Source: Lingula anatina (Eukaryota; Animalia; Brachiopoda). From it: DNA of 64,000 nt. Under the pieces are notes generated by a model. It had not been told where the DNA came from. It was given only the letters and a program-made list of their open reading frames with translations, and searched no databases. Position numbers and translations under genes: made by a program. The stretch lies in assembly GCA_051362555.1 (NCBI GenBank), contig CM120642.1:17794001-17858000 (forward strand). The letters are read 5' to 3'. The first letter of the stretch is position 1. Every line of letters begins with the position of its first letter. Shown here piece by piece: positions 1 through 12,300 of the stretch.

Positions 1-171
1 ACATGATTCAATGATTACTAAAGTAATTTTAAAATTGAATGGTACATTATTTGATAGTTGAATAAAAATTATATTCTGTATTTTCTCTTTTTGTTAAAAA
101 AAAACGGAAGGCGTGTACAGATGGCAAAATAGTCAGCATACTTCGAATAAATTTTAATCAATGGCCGATTA

Positions 172-416
172 AGGTCGGGTGTCAGGGGGTCCTGACCCCC
201 TTTTCGATTTCTGAAGAAAATCGCACCAATGGTTCCCGTTTGAAATTAGAATTTTAATTATAGTTCTAAATCGTGCCAAATTGCATCGTTCGCCCTCTAA
301 AATACCAGAATTTTCATGGACCTTAAGTGGGCCTCGACCCCACACCAAGGGGGGTAGGCTCGGCTTCGCATCCGCTGACCCCCCACGCCCTTCAAAAAAC
401 CCTGGATCTACCCATG
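172..416 (-). mobile_element. MITE family A (CAGGGGCGGATCCAG-type), one end degenerate
   Basis: Shares GGATGCGAAGCCGA, CCCTTGGTGTGGGGT, AATTCTAATTTCAA and TCAGGACCCC blocks (inverted) with the copy at 25751. Confidence 0.7.
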
Positions 417-1414
417 TTAATAGAGTGGCATACATGCTCGTTTCATTATCAGTCGAAATTCTATTTTCAATTCCCCTTATCTCATTTAAAGTAAGATTTC
501 GCTATTTCTGTCACGCCGATTTTTTTCCATAAAACCAGGCAATGTCCAGGTAATAAATTTATTTTTGGTTTTGGAACAAACCCGCTTTTTTTCTCTGGGA
601 ATAACTCGTGCCGATACCAAGAATTTCCTAAGTCGGATAAGTCCCTAAAACTATCTTACACAAAAAAATACCACTGTAGATGTTAGACCCCCAATGGTTT
701 TTGATAAATGATGTTTTAGGTAAATATACATTACTATCCGCATAATTAGTATTACTTGGGTATTCCTGTTAATTATATTTAGCGTTGATTCGAGAACACG
801 AACGTTTGTAAAAAAATGAATATATATACGGAAGTCGATGAGATACCAACTAGTCTTCTTATGTGGAGTAGTTCATTAATTAATAAAAATCCGAAAGGAA
901 ACTTAAGATGACGAAGCCAATACATGTACACAGAGGTCACTTAGTAGGTGATTTAACAATAGATTTTTCCATCCTAAATTTAGGATCTGCGTTGAGAGAC
1001 GCTAAAAAAGTGAGACACTAATTTCCGCCCTCTATATTTGATTTCTTCGTTCAAATGGTATTGTAGCACGCGTGAAATATCATGGCGGGATAGTGCATTC
1101 AGTCATCTACTTCTTGACTTAACTTTTATAACTAGCACACACTCAATAACTTTGTTCAAGGGTCTTAGTTCTGAATTATATGCAATGCACTAAACGCATA
1201 AGAGCCTTGAATAACACGTTACACTGAGCATGACAAGTCAGCAATAAATGATAACGAAGTTGTTTTGCTTGTGCTCAAGACCGTAAAACAAAAGATAAAG
1301 CATATCTTTTCGTATTAGAAATGCTGTTAAGGTCACCTCTTTTAGAAACCAGCGCAAACGGGGGTTTGAAGCTAATGTATTAAATCGAATTTCTGCTATA
1401 TACGGAAAAAGAGG

Positions 1415-4400
1415 ATGCATTTGGACGAGCTTTTACATATTATTGGAGAATTTGGTACTTTTCAGAAAAGGCAGTATTTTTTAGTCTGTCTTGTAGGACT
1501 GTATACAGCGTTCCCGATACTTTCTTCCGTATTCCTTGCAGCAACGCCCAAACACAACTGTAAAATCCCAGCCGAGTACGTATCGAGCGCGGAGAGGATC
1601 TACGGAAACCTTTCTCACGAGGAGCTGCTGAACCTGACCATCCCATGGGAAGAAAAGGACGGCAAACAGGGCCGAAGTAGTTGTAAGCTGAAATCATGGG
1701 ACAGAAACGGCTCCTATTATGAGGTCCCCATTGCTGCGGATGATGGTGATAACAAGACAGCAAGTGTTGAATGCCCTAGCGGGCGAGAATACAGTCAGGA
1801 AATTTATATTTCAACCGCGGTATCAGAGGTAATGACGCAGCTTTACTTTTGTCTTAATTTATACATGTATCCCCATGGGCTTGTTGCACATAACAGGCTG
1901 AGACGAGAAGTCAAGTAGTCAAGATATTGGTCAAGGTAGTTTTCCAAAGAACCTGAAGGATCACTTGCCTCGTATTTTCGAGCTCGTAGATTAAATTCTT
2001 AATCCAAATGTTTTTTAAATGTTTCTCCAAAAATTGACAGTTACCTATTTCAGAATACCAAATTCGTTATCCCTGCACTTTAGGGACAATTAGAGTTAGG
2101 AAGCTGAAAGCTGATGTGCATGGGCATTTCGAAAATTTAGTGTAACAGGGGGGTGGGCTGTTCCTGGGGGTGGTTGATTCATTGTAATTTCCTCCTATAC
2201 CATTAGAGTTCAGAAGTTTAAACTTTTGATATTGTTAGACCTGTCATCAGGGATGTGTAAGGCCCATTCATTATTTATGTGCGCTTCGGGGTTGGGCTGT
2301 CCCTAGGGGTAAGGGGGGTTTGAGTGATTCTTTTTTTTTTTTTTAATTAAGCATTTTTTCATCAACATTTTTATGCATCAATAAAATTTTACTTTGAATA
2401 TAATTTGCAAAAACAAATTTACAAATAGGACCCAGGCATTGCCATAGATATCAAGGGAATGGGGTCTTTGAGTGCGAGTTACAATTAACAGATTGGGCAA
2501 GGATGGGGCTACCCATCGACACCATCTAGTTTATTGTGAGAGAATCATCTGAAAATGAGCCAAGACTGATATAAGATTAACAGCTTTAGGCCTACGCAGT
2601 CATCATGTGAGATTAGTATTCTGTGATGAACCTAAAAAAATTAAGTCATTTTGTGAGACGGGCTTTTTAAACCTTACAATCGTTTGGTTTGGCTTAGACT
2701 GCTAAAATGGAATAACATTCGACTTAGTAAATAAAATAAGTTTTAATTAAGACAATCATAACCTGGCATTGCGACTTACTTTCAAGACAACAAATACATT
2801 TGCATATGCTTGCTATTCACATTGCTCAACGTGTTGGTAAATTCTGCTAAAGCCAATTTGTTCAGTTTGACCTAGGCTGTGGCCGAGAATGGCTGGTCAG
2901 CACAAGTCAGTCCGTATTCTTTGCTGGGAAACTGGTGGGGGATGCTTTATCCGGGATCATTAGTGATAGGTAAGCCTATACGAATGACATAGGTCTGAGA
3001 ACTGCAAAAACATGTACGTGGGTGATATATTATTGAAGACCCAAAATGAACGCAATGAAATGTACTGCCTGGTAAGACATTATCAACGTCTTCGTATTCC
3101 AGAAACTGAACCCACCCTCCATATAAAATCTTAGCAAACATATGGACCAATTAAATCCGGCTATAAAACAGCAATAAACGACATAACGTAGGCCGTGACC
3201 CTATCCATGTGTCGTCTTCCTCCGATATGATATCCTGTACCAATTCTTCGCTCTAGGTTCCTGACACACAGCGGTGCAATTACAGTCAATTCTGCCTGTT
3301 TCTCCAAAATATATTTGAAAAAAGAAAAAAAAATGTACTTTTGGACTACATAGTATGTCATACTTTTAAGAGGGAGTCGCTAACTAATTTGGAGGTGGAC
3401 ACTTTCTTCCGTTTATTAGCTATCAGGGCTAAATGACGACGTCTACAAGAGCGAAAATGTCCATCAGCGTATTTGGAATTGCACTTGCAATAGCTTACAT
3501 ATGCATTACTTACACGTTTTATAAATGCCAAATCCTAAGGCAAATTTTACACTGAAACATTAATTATTAATTTTAAAAACACCATAACAAGTACCAAATA
3601 AATTCTATTTAATCTAATAAAATAATAATAATACGTTTGTTTTTATTCATTATTTAAATTAATTTTTTCTATTAATCGTATCTCCTCATTTACAATTCTT
3701 AAAATGGTTTGATTTCCACGAAATATTTAGCTTTTTAACGTTTTATCAGACTGCAAAGTACCGTTGTAAATGAAATCTACCCTGCATGTTGTATAAATGA
3801 TGTTTCTTTGTGAAGCATACCTATTATTAAGGCACCAATATTCACCACGTGCTTATATAAAGCAGTTCAATTTTTTCTTTGTGCTTATTGAGATAGTGAA
3901 TGTCGCAATTTATGATAATTCATAATAATTTCAGGTTCGGAAGACGGCCAACATTTCTGGTGGCGATCATGCTGTCGGTTTCTTTTGGGATTCTTACCGC
4001 CCTGTCTCCTAATATGATAGTATTTATAGTGTCTCTTGGTCTGCAGGGATTGGTTAACGGGTGTTTATTCCTGACTATATTCACATTAGGTAGGATACCA
4101 ACAGAAAAGGAGGCAGCAAGAGAGAGAGAGGTCTTGTGTATTCCATTAATCGTCTGTCTTGCCTGAGCTATATATACTATATATAAACAACAGTGTAAAT
4201 TTTGGGTAATGTCCAGGTCTGTTGATATACATGTATTTTGGTCGCTATGCACTACTGACTGGGTACATTGCAGCATTAAACAGAAGGTGAGAGAGAGAAT
4301 ATTTGCTCACGACCGGTGCCTAGTCATACATGCATGAGTACCGCGGGCGCTCTTCAGACGCATTTCTGAATAACTCAATAAAAAACTGTACTTGGTGGGT

Positions 4401-7400
4401 ACATCAAATATTAATTTTAGGTTTCAGTTGAAGTCTAATGTACATAGTTTACCGTTGTATTTAATCCAAAGCATAGAGTTCACATGCTTTTTGGTACAAA
4501 ATCTTTCACCGTTGTTCTGATCACGCAAAGGTGGAATTTAGAATATGTGCACCATTAAGTCTGAACTCCTTCGAAATCCTTCCAAAACGTTTGTTGTTTA
4601 TTCAGTCGCTTTCGCTCACCGAATATTCTATTGTTCTCATTTATCAGGAGTTGAATTTGTAGGCCCAAGCAAGCGCAATTTGGCAGGATTTGGTGTTATG
4701 TACTTTTTTAGCTTTGGTTACTGCTACATCGTACTGATTGCCTACTTCATAAGAAATTGGAGACACTTTGCTCTAGCGCTGTACGTGCCTGCATACCTGT
4801 TTGGAGTGTATTACTTGTAAGTAAATTATTCTTAGCTATTAAAATGTACCTTAACTCTGTTATCTTATGCTAGGAATCATCTATCACCTTCCATGCATCC
4901 GCAGCACGCTCGGCTGTCACCTTGATTGGATAGTAAACGGTTGTCGTAAAATCGCTAAAAGATATTAAAACCCGGTGCATAAACTTGAAAACCACCTAGG
5001 ACAACCTCAGACTGCCACATTAATCCAATACAATGCAAAAATAAACTATAACAAGTGGTTAAAGCCTTCAAACCGAATGTCGTTAAGTCCCCATATACCT
5101 CCATAGAGACAATAAAATAGAATATTCTATGGAGGTATATGGGGACTTTACGACATTCGGTTTGAAGGCTTTAACCACTTGTTATAGTTTATTTTTGCAT
5201 TGTATTGGATTAATGTGGCAGTCTGAGGTTGTCCTAGGTGGTTTTCAAGTTTATGCACCGGGTTTTAATATCTTTTAGCGATTTTAAGACAACCGTTTAC
5301 TATCCAATCAAGGTGACAGCCGAGCGTGATCCGCAGTAGTTGCTGATATTCACAGATTATTGTGCATTATTTTTAATATTTCACAGCCCATATAATTTTA
5401 AACAAAAGTGCCTCTGGTTAAAACCACTTGCTTCCCTCTGATATCTTGTTCCCACTTACTTAATTGAAAAGTTAATTTGACTACCATCTGAATTACTAAT
5501 AGCATTCTCACCAGCTTTAATAAAAGAGATACTGCGATGCCCTGTCTTACATGTTTTAATGTTAAAACGCGTTGAAGCACAAATTAATTGAACAATGCAT
5601 CCCTTACATAAAGATTTAACGTTTTGTCTATGAAACAAGCAAGATTAATGTGAATTCGATAGTGCCAATGATGTATCACTTTTGTATTTTTTGTATTTGT
5701 ATTTTTTAAGGCACGGGTAACTGCACCCCTTTCCGTTCTAATTTCCAGCATTCTTCCCGAATCTTTCCGATGGCTGCTGTCAAGGCGCCGCATCGAAGAA
5801 GCAGAGAAATTGATCCGATCAGTTTCTATGACAAACATCAACTCTGAGCCTGATGATGAGACCATAAAGTCTGTCATAGAGGACAAGGATGAGGCAGTTA
5901 TCTCTGCTCGTACCTACACCCCTTTAGACCTTGTGAGAACGTGGAAACGGACCGCACTGACGGCAAACGTGTGCTTCAACTGGTGAGCTAAAATTTGAGG
6001 TGGTCAAATTTATATGATTTAATGGCCGTTTCAGTGGTGTAGCCTTTATTTTACTTTATATTTTTTGATTAGGTTAGTAAACGGCATGGTGTATTACGGT
6101 TTGGCACTAAACTCCGAAGGATTGGGAGGTGATCTCTACCTAAACTTTACCCTGATGGGGGCCATTGAAATTCCAGCCTACACTCTGGCTGTTTTCCTCA
6201 TAGACAAAATTGGCAGAAGAAAATCATTGACAGGATTTATGGTGCTTGGAGGGGTAGCTTGCATTGTTTCTGGTAGCCTGTCTCCAGGTAAAGTTTAAAA
6301 ATATTATAGGAATAACGAATTCCGTGTATAATCATTTCTTGCGGATAGGCCCTTTACATAATACCGGTACAGCTAAGTTTCAAATAAGAAAATAACTTAT
6401 TTTTATATATCCTAGGTTATAGGAACCCGCATTTAAGCGTAATTTAAGCTTGATATGATTAGTCTTTTAGGGCATCGTTATTTAAGAGTTTAAAGATATG
6501 CCGAAGGACAATGGAAGGCAAGTTACAATGCATAATTTCATTTTTCAATTCTTGGCGATTTAAGCTCTGAATTGCTGGGCAGCTCTGTGTGTCATGTGAC
6601 GACGCATATTCAGTGGCTTTTTTTTTAAAGAAAAGAAACACAATATAATACTTCTGAGCCCAGTGACGTTGCCGCACCACTGTCCAGGTGATACAATGCT
6701 CACGAAGAACTGATCACTTTTAATACATTTGTTCACTGTTCTACACTTTGTTGTATTTTAGATTTACATTGGTTAATAGTAACGTTGGCAGTCCTTGGTA
6801 AGATGGGAATCTCCGCTTCTTTTACGATAATCTATGTGGTGACAGCGGAGGTTTACCCAACTGTAATGAGGTAAGCCTTCCTGAACCAGTAATACAATTG
6901 TCTCTGGTTTTATATAGAAGAACAAACCATTATACTGACGAATTTTCTAAACAAAATTCACGAAAGCTTGTTGGTAATTTTTCTCGAGTCCCAGTGAATG
7001 CTTGACTTTTCCAGAATCATAGCTCTGGGGTTGGCCTCTACTTTTGCCAGAGTTGGCAGCGCCTTGGCACCCCAGGTTGTTTTACTGAAGGAACCAATTG
7101 CTGCACTGCCTTTTATCATCCTTGGATCAGAATCAATCATCGCTGGACTGCTGTCACTTCTGTTACCTGAGACTGTGCGCAGAGATCTCCCGCAGAACCT
7201 AGAGGAATTTGACACCATGTTGGCGTCTCCTAGGTGAGCGTATACCAATGGACCTATCGAGCAGATAAGAATGCCTAACAGTACAAGTTTATCAATATCC
7301 ATAAACCATATTCGTGGTAGCTGGCAAATTTGAACCTTGCCGTGCGTAAAATTATATTTCATTCCTTAACGATTACAGAGTCTATGAAGAAACCGAATCT

Positions 7401-7496
7401 AAAGGGGAAACAGGAGATGATGAAAAGGAAATTGAGAAAATCAAAGATCAACCTAACGACAACAAAGGAACGGTAGAGCTTCACACGAGACTCTAA
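1415..7496 (+). CDS. SLC22-family (MFS) organic anion/cation/carnitine transporter, paralog 1, 9 exons, ~578 aa: join(1415..1828,2866..2969,3935..4089,4648..4816,5749..5982,6073..6287,6762..6870,7015..7233,7379..7496)
   Basis: All introns are GT-AG and phase-consistent (1737 nt total). SLC22 motifs: GEFGTFQ, four-Cys extracellular loop, SDRFGRRP, EFVGPSKR, PESFRWL, YYGL, DKIGRR, EVYPT, LLPET. Exon sizes 104/155/169/215/109 match the typical SLC22 layout. Ends ...ELHTRL*. Confidence 0.93.
4905..5328. mobile_element. 424-bp foldback-type non-autonomous DNA transposon (203-bp inverted arms, 18-bp spacer, 8-bp TSD ATCCGCAG), hAT- or P-like
   Basis: Arms 4905-5107 and 5126-5328 are reverse complements with 2 mismatches by eye; TSD at 4897-4904 and 5329-5336; CA...TG termini. 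Confidence 0.92.
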
Positions 7497-7500
7497 GACT

Positions 7501-7718
7501 GGGCTCCCATGCCTAGAACGATCCATCTGGATCGGTCTAACTCCCTGCGGAGTCTCACTTAATTGCTATCAACTAACCGAATCAGCTAGGGGGTAAAGAT
7601 AATCACCCTCTAACAGCTTTACTAGGCGTGACAGACATTTAAGCCGGTTAAGTTGTTAGCAATAAAGGGAGACTCCCCAGAGAGATAGATCGATCCAAAT
7701 ATCTGTGGGAATGGTCCC
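7501..7718 (+). mobile_element. MITE family D1 (CCCATTCCCA-type TIR), diverged, immediately after the stop codon of SLC22 paralog 1
   Basis: Shares GACATTTAAGCCGG, GAGACTCCCC and GATAGATCGATC with 31297. Confidence 0.7.
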
Positions 7719-8140
7719 TAACTATCATGTTTGATCAAAATTGATCAGGTCCTAAACATACGTTACATTAACAGTGCTGTGACAATCATATTTAGCTCAA
7801 TATCTAAAATAACAAGAAAATGCTCGTTAAGTAAAGAACCTACACCCAGCTTTACTGTACGTTAGACACATATGCAAATGACTCCCATGGCTATGTTTAG
7901 GCAATTTTCATATAATATCTTACCCTATTACTTCTTGAATAATTCATTAAGAGAGAGCACTCATAGGTAATTAATTGTGATTTTCAATTCTGTGACGTTT
8001 AGAATATACTGTCAATTACTTAGGGAGGATAATTAGATTCAAATTTGGGTAAGAGCATCATCCATATTCTCACAAAAAAATACAAAAATCCATGTATGAG
8101 GTGCATGTCCAATATATACATTAAATAATCAATTGCTTAT

Positions 8141-8321
8141 CGGTGTGACAGGATGATAGTCCTAGAAATGAAAGTCCGGGTCCCCATATGATTAGTACAG
8201 GTTATGGTTAGTCGGGGTAATTGGGGTTAGTATAAGTACAGGTATGTGGGACGAGTATCTCCTGTGCAAAGTGTTGGGGACAGACTACAGTTCCTAGCGG
8301 ACAGCCATTCCTGTCACACTG
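8141..8321. mobile_element. Small TIR element with an internal GGTTAG-like core
   Basis: CGGTGTGACAGGA / TCCTGTCACACTG termini. Confidence 0.6.
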
Positions 8322-9383
8322 GAGTAATAAAATACTATTAGACCTACATAGATTGTTTCCACGAGTGTGGTAGATTTGGCTGACGGCACAGCTAACACAG
8401 TGGGCAAGAATTAATACAGCTCTGTATCTCCAGAGCGTAATTTAAAACAGAACCTATTTGGACATTTGTACTAATGCAGCTTTAAGTTCGCTAATTCTGA
8501 AGTGCATGTACATTGATTGCTAACTCTGAATTGTGTGATCACAATTTGCACCGAGCATCACTTTTATGGTAAGATACGGCTGCCTCCGTTATAAAACTTC
8601 ACATTTAGGTTTTATCCAGGAATTTGCAGGTAACAAAAAATATGGAGTAATCAATTTTCTGACACTTTATTAACTTGTAAAATATTGATGATAAGGTAAT
8701 AATTTTCATTAAAAAAATAATGAATAAACGCACTGTTGACAGACAGACACGGTACAGATACATTTTATCGATATCGAACGATTCTATTTATACCAATATT
8801 TGAAACTGACAAATAATAACAGTTAGGAAATGGCCTTGTGGTCCGGCAGATGGACATACGACCACACTTATATGCGATATCTAGGTAGTTGGCTTTTGTG
8901 CTGGTTGCAAGGTAGTTGGCCTTGCGACGACAGAGATGTATTAAGAAATCCTCTGTTTACTTTCGAAGTCCCTTCAGGCAGCATTATTCAGCTTACCTCA
9001 CCTCTTTTTATTCACAACAAAGTTATTTGTGTGTCATACTTTATGCATAAAAGCATAAAGGTCATTCAGCAGGTCAAAGTGCATAAAAGCCTAAAGCAGC
9101 AAACACAGCATAAGACGTGAGTGGGGAGAGAAGACAGTGCCAAGCATTGATCATGACGGGAGATTGACTAGGCAACGTGCACTACCAGGTTTTCGGGGAT
9201 GACGCTGTTGTTCATTGGATGCCGAACTTTTCCACCTAAACCGTTTTAGCCAATCTTCTCGCGTGCAAAGCATTATTAAGCCCCCCGTTTTTCGACACAT
9301 ATTTGTTAAAAAGATTACAGGTATAGTATTTAATTGAAGTACATATAGCCTTAATACCGAAGTCTTACATACCGAAGTCTTAC

Positions 9384-12300
9384 ATGATGCATTTGGACGA
9401 GCTTTTACAGATTATCGGAGAATTTGGGACTTTTCAGAAAAGGCAGTATTTTCTGGTATGTCTCGTAGGACTGTATACTGCGTTACCAATACTTTGTTCG
9501 GTGTTCCTCGCAGCAACGCCCAAACACAACTGTAAAATCCCAGCCGAGTACGTATCGAGCGCAGAGAGGGTCTACGGCAAACTTTCTCACGAGGAGCTGC
9601 TGAACCTGACCATCCCATGGGAAGAAAAAGACGGCGAACTGACCAGAAGCAGTTGTAAGCTGAAATCATGGGACAGAAATGCCTCTGTTGTGGACATTGG
9701 TAATAATACAGCAAGTGTCGAATGTCCTCAGGGACTGGACTACAGTCAAGAAATCTATACTTCAACGGTGATATCGGAGGTAGGAATGCTGCTAATGGCA
9801 ATTTTATAACACTTGTCACCTGTAACTCTTGTGCAATGACATAATAAAATTCTGTCAATATCCCAAAAGGGTACCATAGGAACACGCTGTATAAAGCCAG
9901 TCCGTGCTTCTTGCTTCTATACCCCCTCTCTCTCTCTCTCTCTCTCTTTGTAATTATATTTCTTATTTTCCCCAGTTTGACCTGAGCTGTGGCAACGAAT
10001 GGCTGGTGAGCACAAGTCAGTCCGTATTCTTTGTCGGGAAACTGGTGGGGGACGCTTTATCCGGGATAATAAGTGATCGGTAAGTGTAAAAATGAGTCTA
10101 TTAAGTTATGTTTTATATAATTAAGTAAGTATAAATGCCTGTAGATATTTGGTTTTCTTTTGGGTTTTTTATGTTTTTTGTTTTTAATTCTGACGTTTCA
10201 GAGGGAATGAACAGTTTTTTTCAATCTGAATATTTCAATACATAAAATATTTGGTCATCAGATGAACTGAAAAACGTATCCTAACAGCCTGTTGTTAAGT
10301 TACATGTGAGAAGATCCACCTTTAGATAAACACAAACAACGATTAATTCAAATGAAAGGCTATAGATTCTATTTTAAACAGTAAAACAATCTAAAACTTT
10401 ATCAGATATTTGTCTTACCTCGATCTGTTGTCGTATATCTATTTCATTCCATTCATTCATTTATTTATGCTAGCTGATACCATCATCTCAATCAATGAAC
10501 CATGATATGAGATTAGTATACACGATTTATAGAAGCTCTTTATATACTATACTGTATTATGTGTAAAAGTCTCATTTTCCACACCTGCCCTGAGTCAAAG
10601 ATTTTGTGACTTTAAGAAAAAAGAAAAGAAAAAAACGGATACTCGTCTTATTTCCTGTTATCTGTCAAAATTAAACATTCCACAATCAAAGGACAAAGGC
10701 ATTCTTTGTAGTGTAAAACCAACATTCTAAAGCCCATACCCTCTTGCCACCATTCAGTGCCCTTGACCATGATAAATTAGTACAATGTCTTTTTTGACAC
10801 ATCAGCTTTTTATATATGCAAAGACACGCTATGCATCCAGTGAAGAACTTGGTACAATGTACCACTGACCTCTCCTGTGGTAGAAGAGAAACTGAAGGAA
10901 GACCTATTAAGTTTACAAAGGCCTCATGTGAGGGACTCAAAATGCAATATATATTTCAATATAAGATTTGAACCCCTACCCACCGTCTCACCCACGCTTC
11001 TTGGTCCACTATGAAGTCTGTTTGTGTTCTAGCTACCCCTACCCTTATAACATTATCTTTCACATTCCCATTAATAGGTGACAGTCAATTAACAGTACAT
11101 CTCATTAACAGTGTCCCCCTGTCCTTTTGGGTATTTTTTGTTTGTTTATTTGTTTGCTTGAAATTATCCAGATAACATAACTGCTGATTTCAGGTTCGGG
11201 AGACGACCCACGTTTTTGGTTGCAATTATTCTCTCGGCATCTGTGGGGATCCTCACCGCCCTTTCTCCCAATATGATAGTATACATAGTGTCTCAAGGTT
11301 TACAGGGATCACTCAGCGGCTGTATATTCCTGACCACATTCACTTTAGGTAGGAAACTAACTGAAAAATAAATGAACTTGAAATAAATGTTCATATACTG
11401 TATATAAGAGAAGTGTATTGAGGTCCATTATGTGTACATTTTGATTTAGTATATGCGTGCGCTACTGAGATGTATGAGCCAACTTAATATGCCCAGTATT
11501 TAGCTCTTTTATTCATATGTTGTAAAGCAAAGATGTCGTCTTTGTCACAGTGTAGAATGACGAATGCCTTTTATTTGTTTCTTTGCAGCCGCTGGGTCCA
11601 TATGACAATTAGTTTAGCGCTACTTTAAATATAAGGATTATGTTCACAGTAAACTATGGAGAAGTCCAAACACGCTATTCATGACTTGACCATGCATAAG
11701 CTGAACTGGAAATATTCGTAGCTTGATATTTTTAAAAATTCCCTCTAATAATTAATTTCGTCATTTTGTTTTATCTCTTCAACGCTTATTAAACACTCGG
11801 CCGATTTCTGTTTTGCAGGAGTTGAATTCGTGGGCCCAAGCAAACGCAATTTTGCTGGTTTTGGGGTAATGTATTTCTTCAGCATCGGTTACTTCTATAT
11901 CGTACTGTTTGCCTACTTCATAAGAAACTGGAGACACCTTGCTCTAGTGCTGTACGTGCCTGCATACCTGTTTGGACTGTATTATTTGTAAGTAAGGATT
12001 CACCTTCTCTTAACTTTGTAATGATATACAAGACAGAATACTGCGATGCATCAATCGTCATTGTTATGTATTTTGCAGACACCAGTCTTGGAAATTTGTG
12101 GTAAGAATTTAATTTAAAAAAAAAAACAAAATATCATGGTTTAATAAATATTTTAGCTTCAAGTCACTTCGTAGTTGGGCCATGGTCATTAACTGCACAG
12201 TTGCATTAACACAGGCATTGTTGATGTAATGAAGCAAAGAAAGTAAAATCTCCATTTTTATGCAAAAATCAGGGCAGTAAAGTTTGAGGTTAAAGCGACC

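Noticed and set aside
169-532. Overlapping 88-aa and 83-aa ORFs
   Set aside because: They are chance ORFs over a GC-rich MITE; the same applies to most short ORFs antisense to exons.
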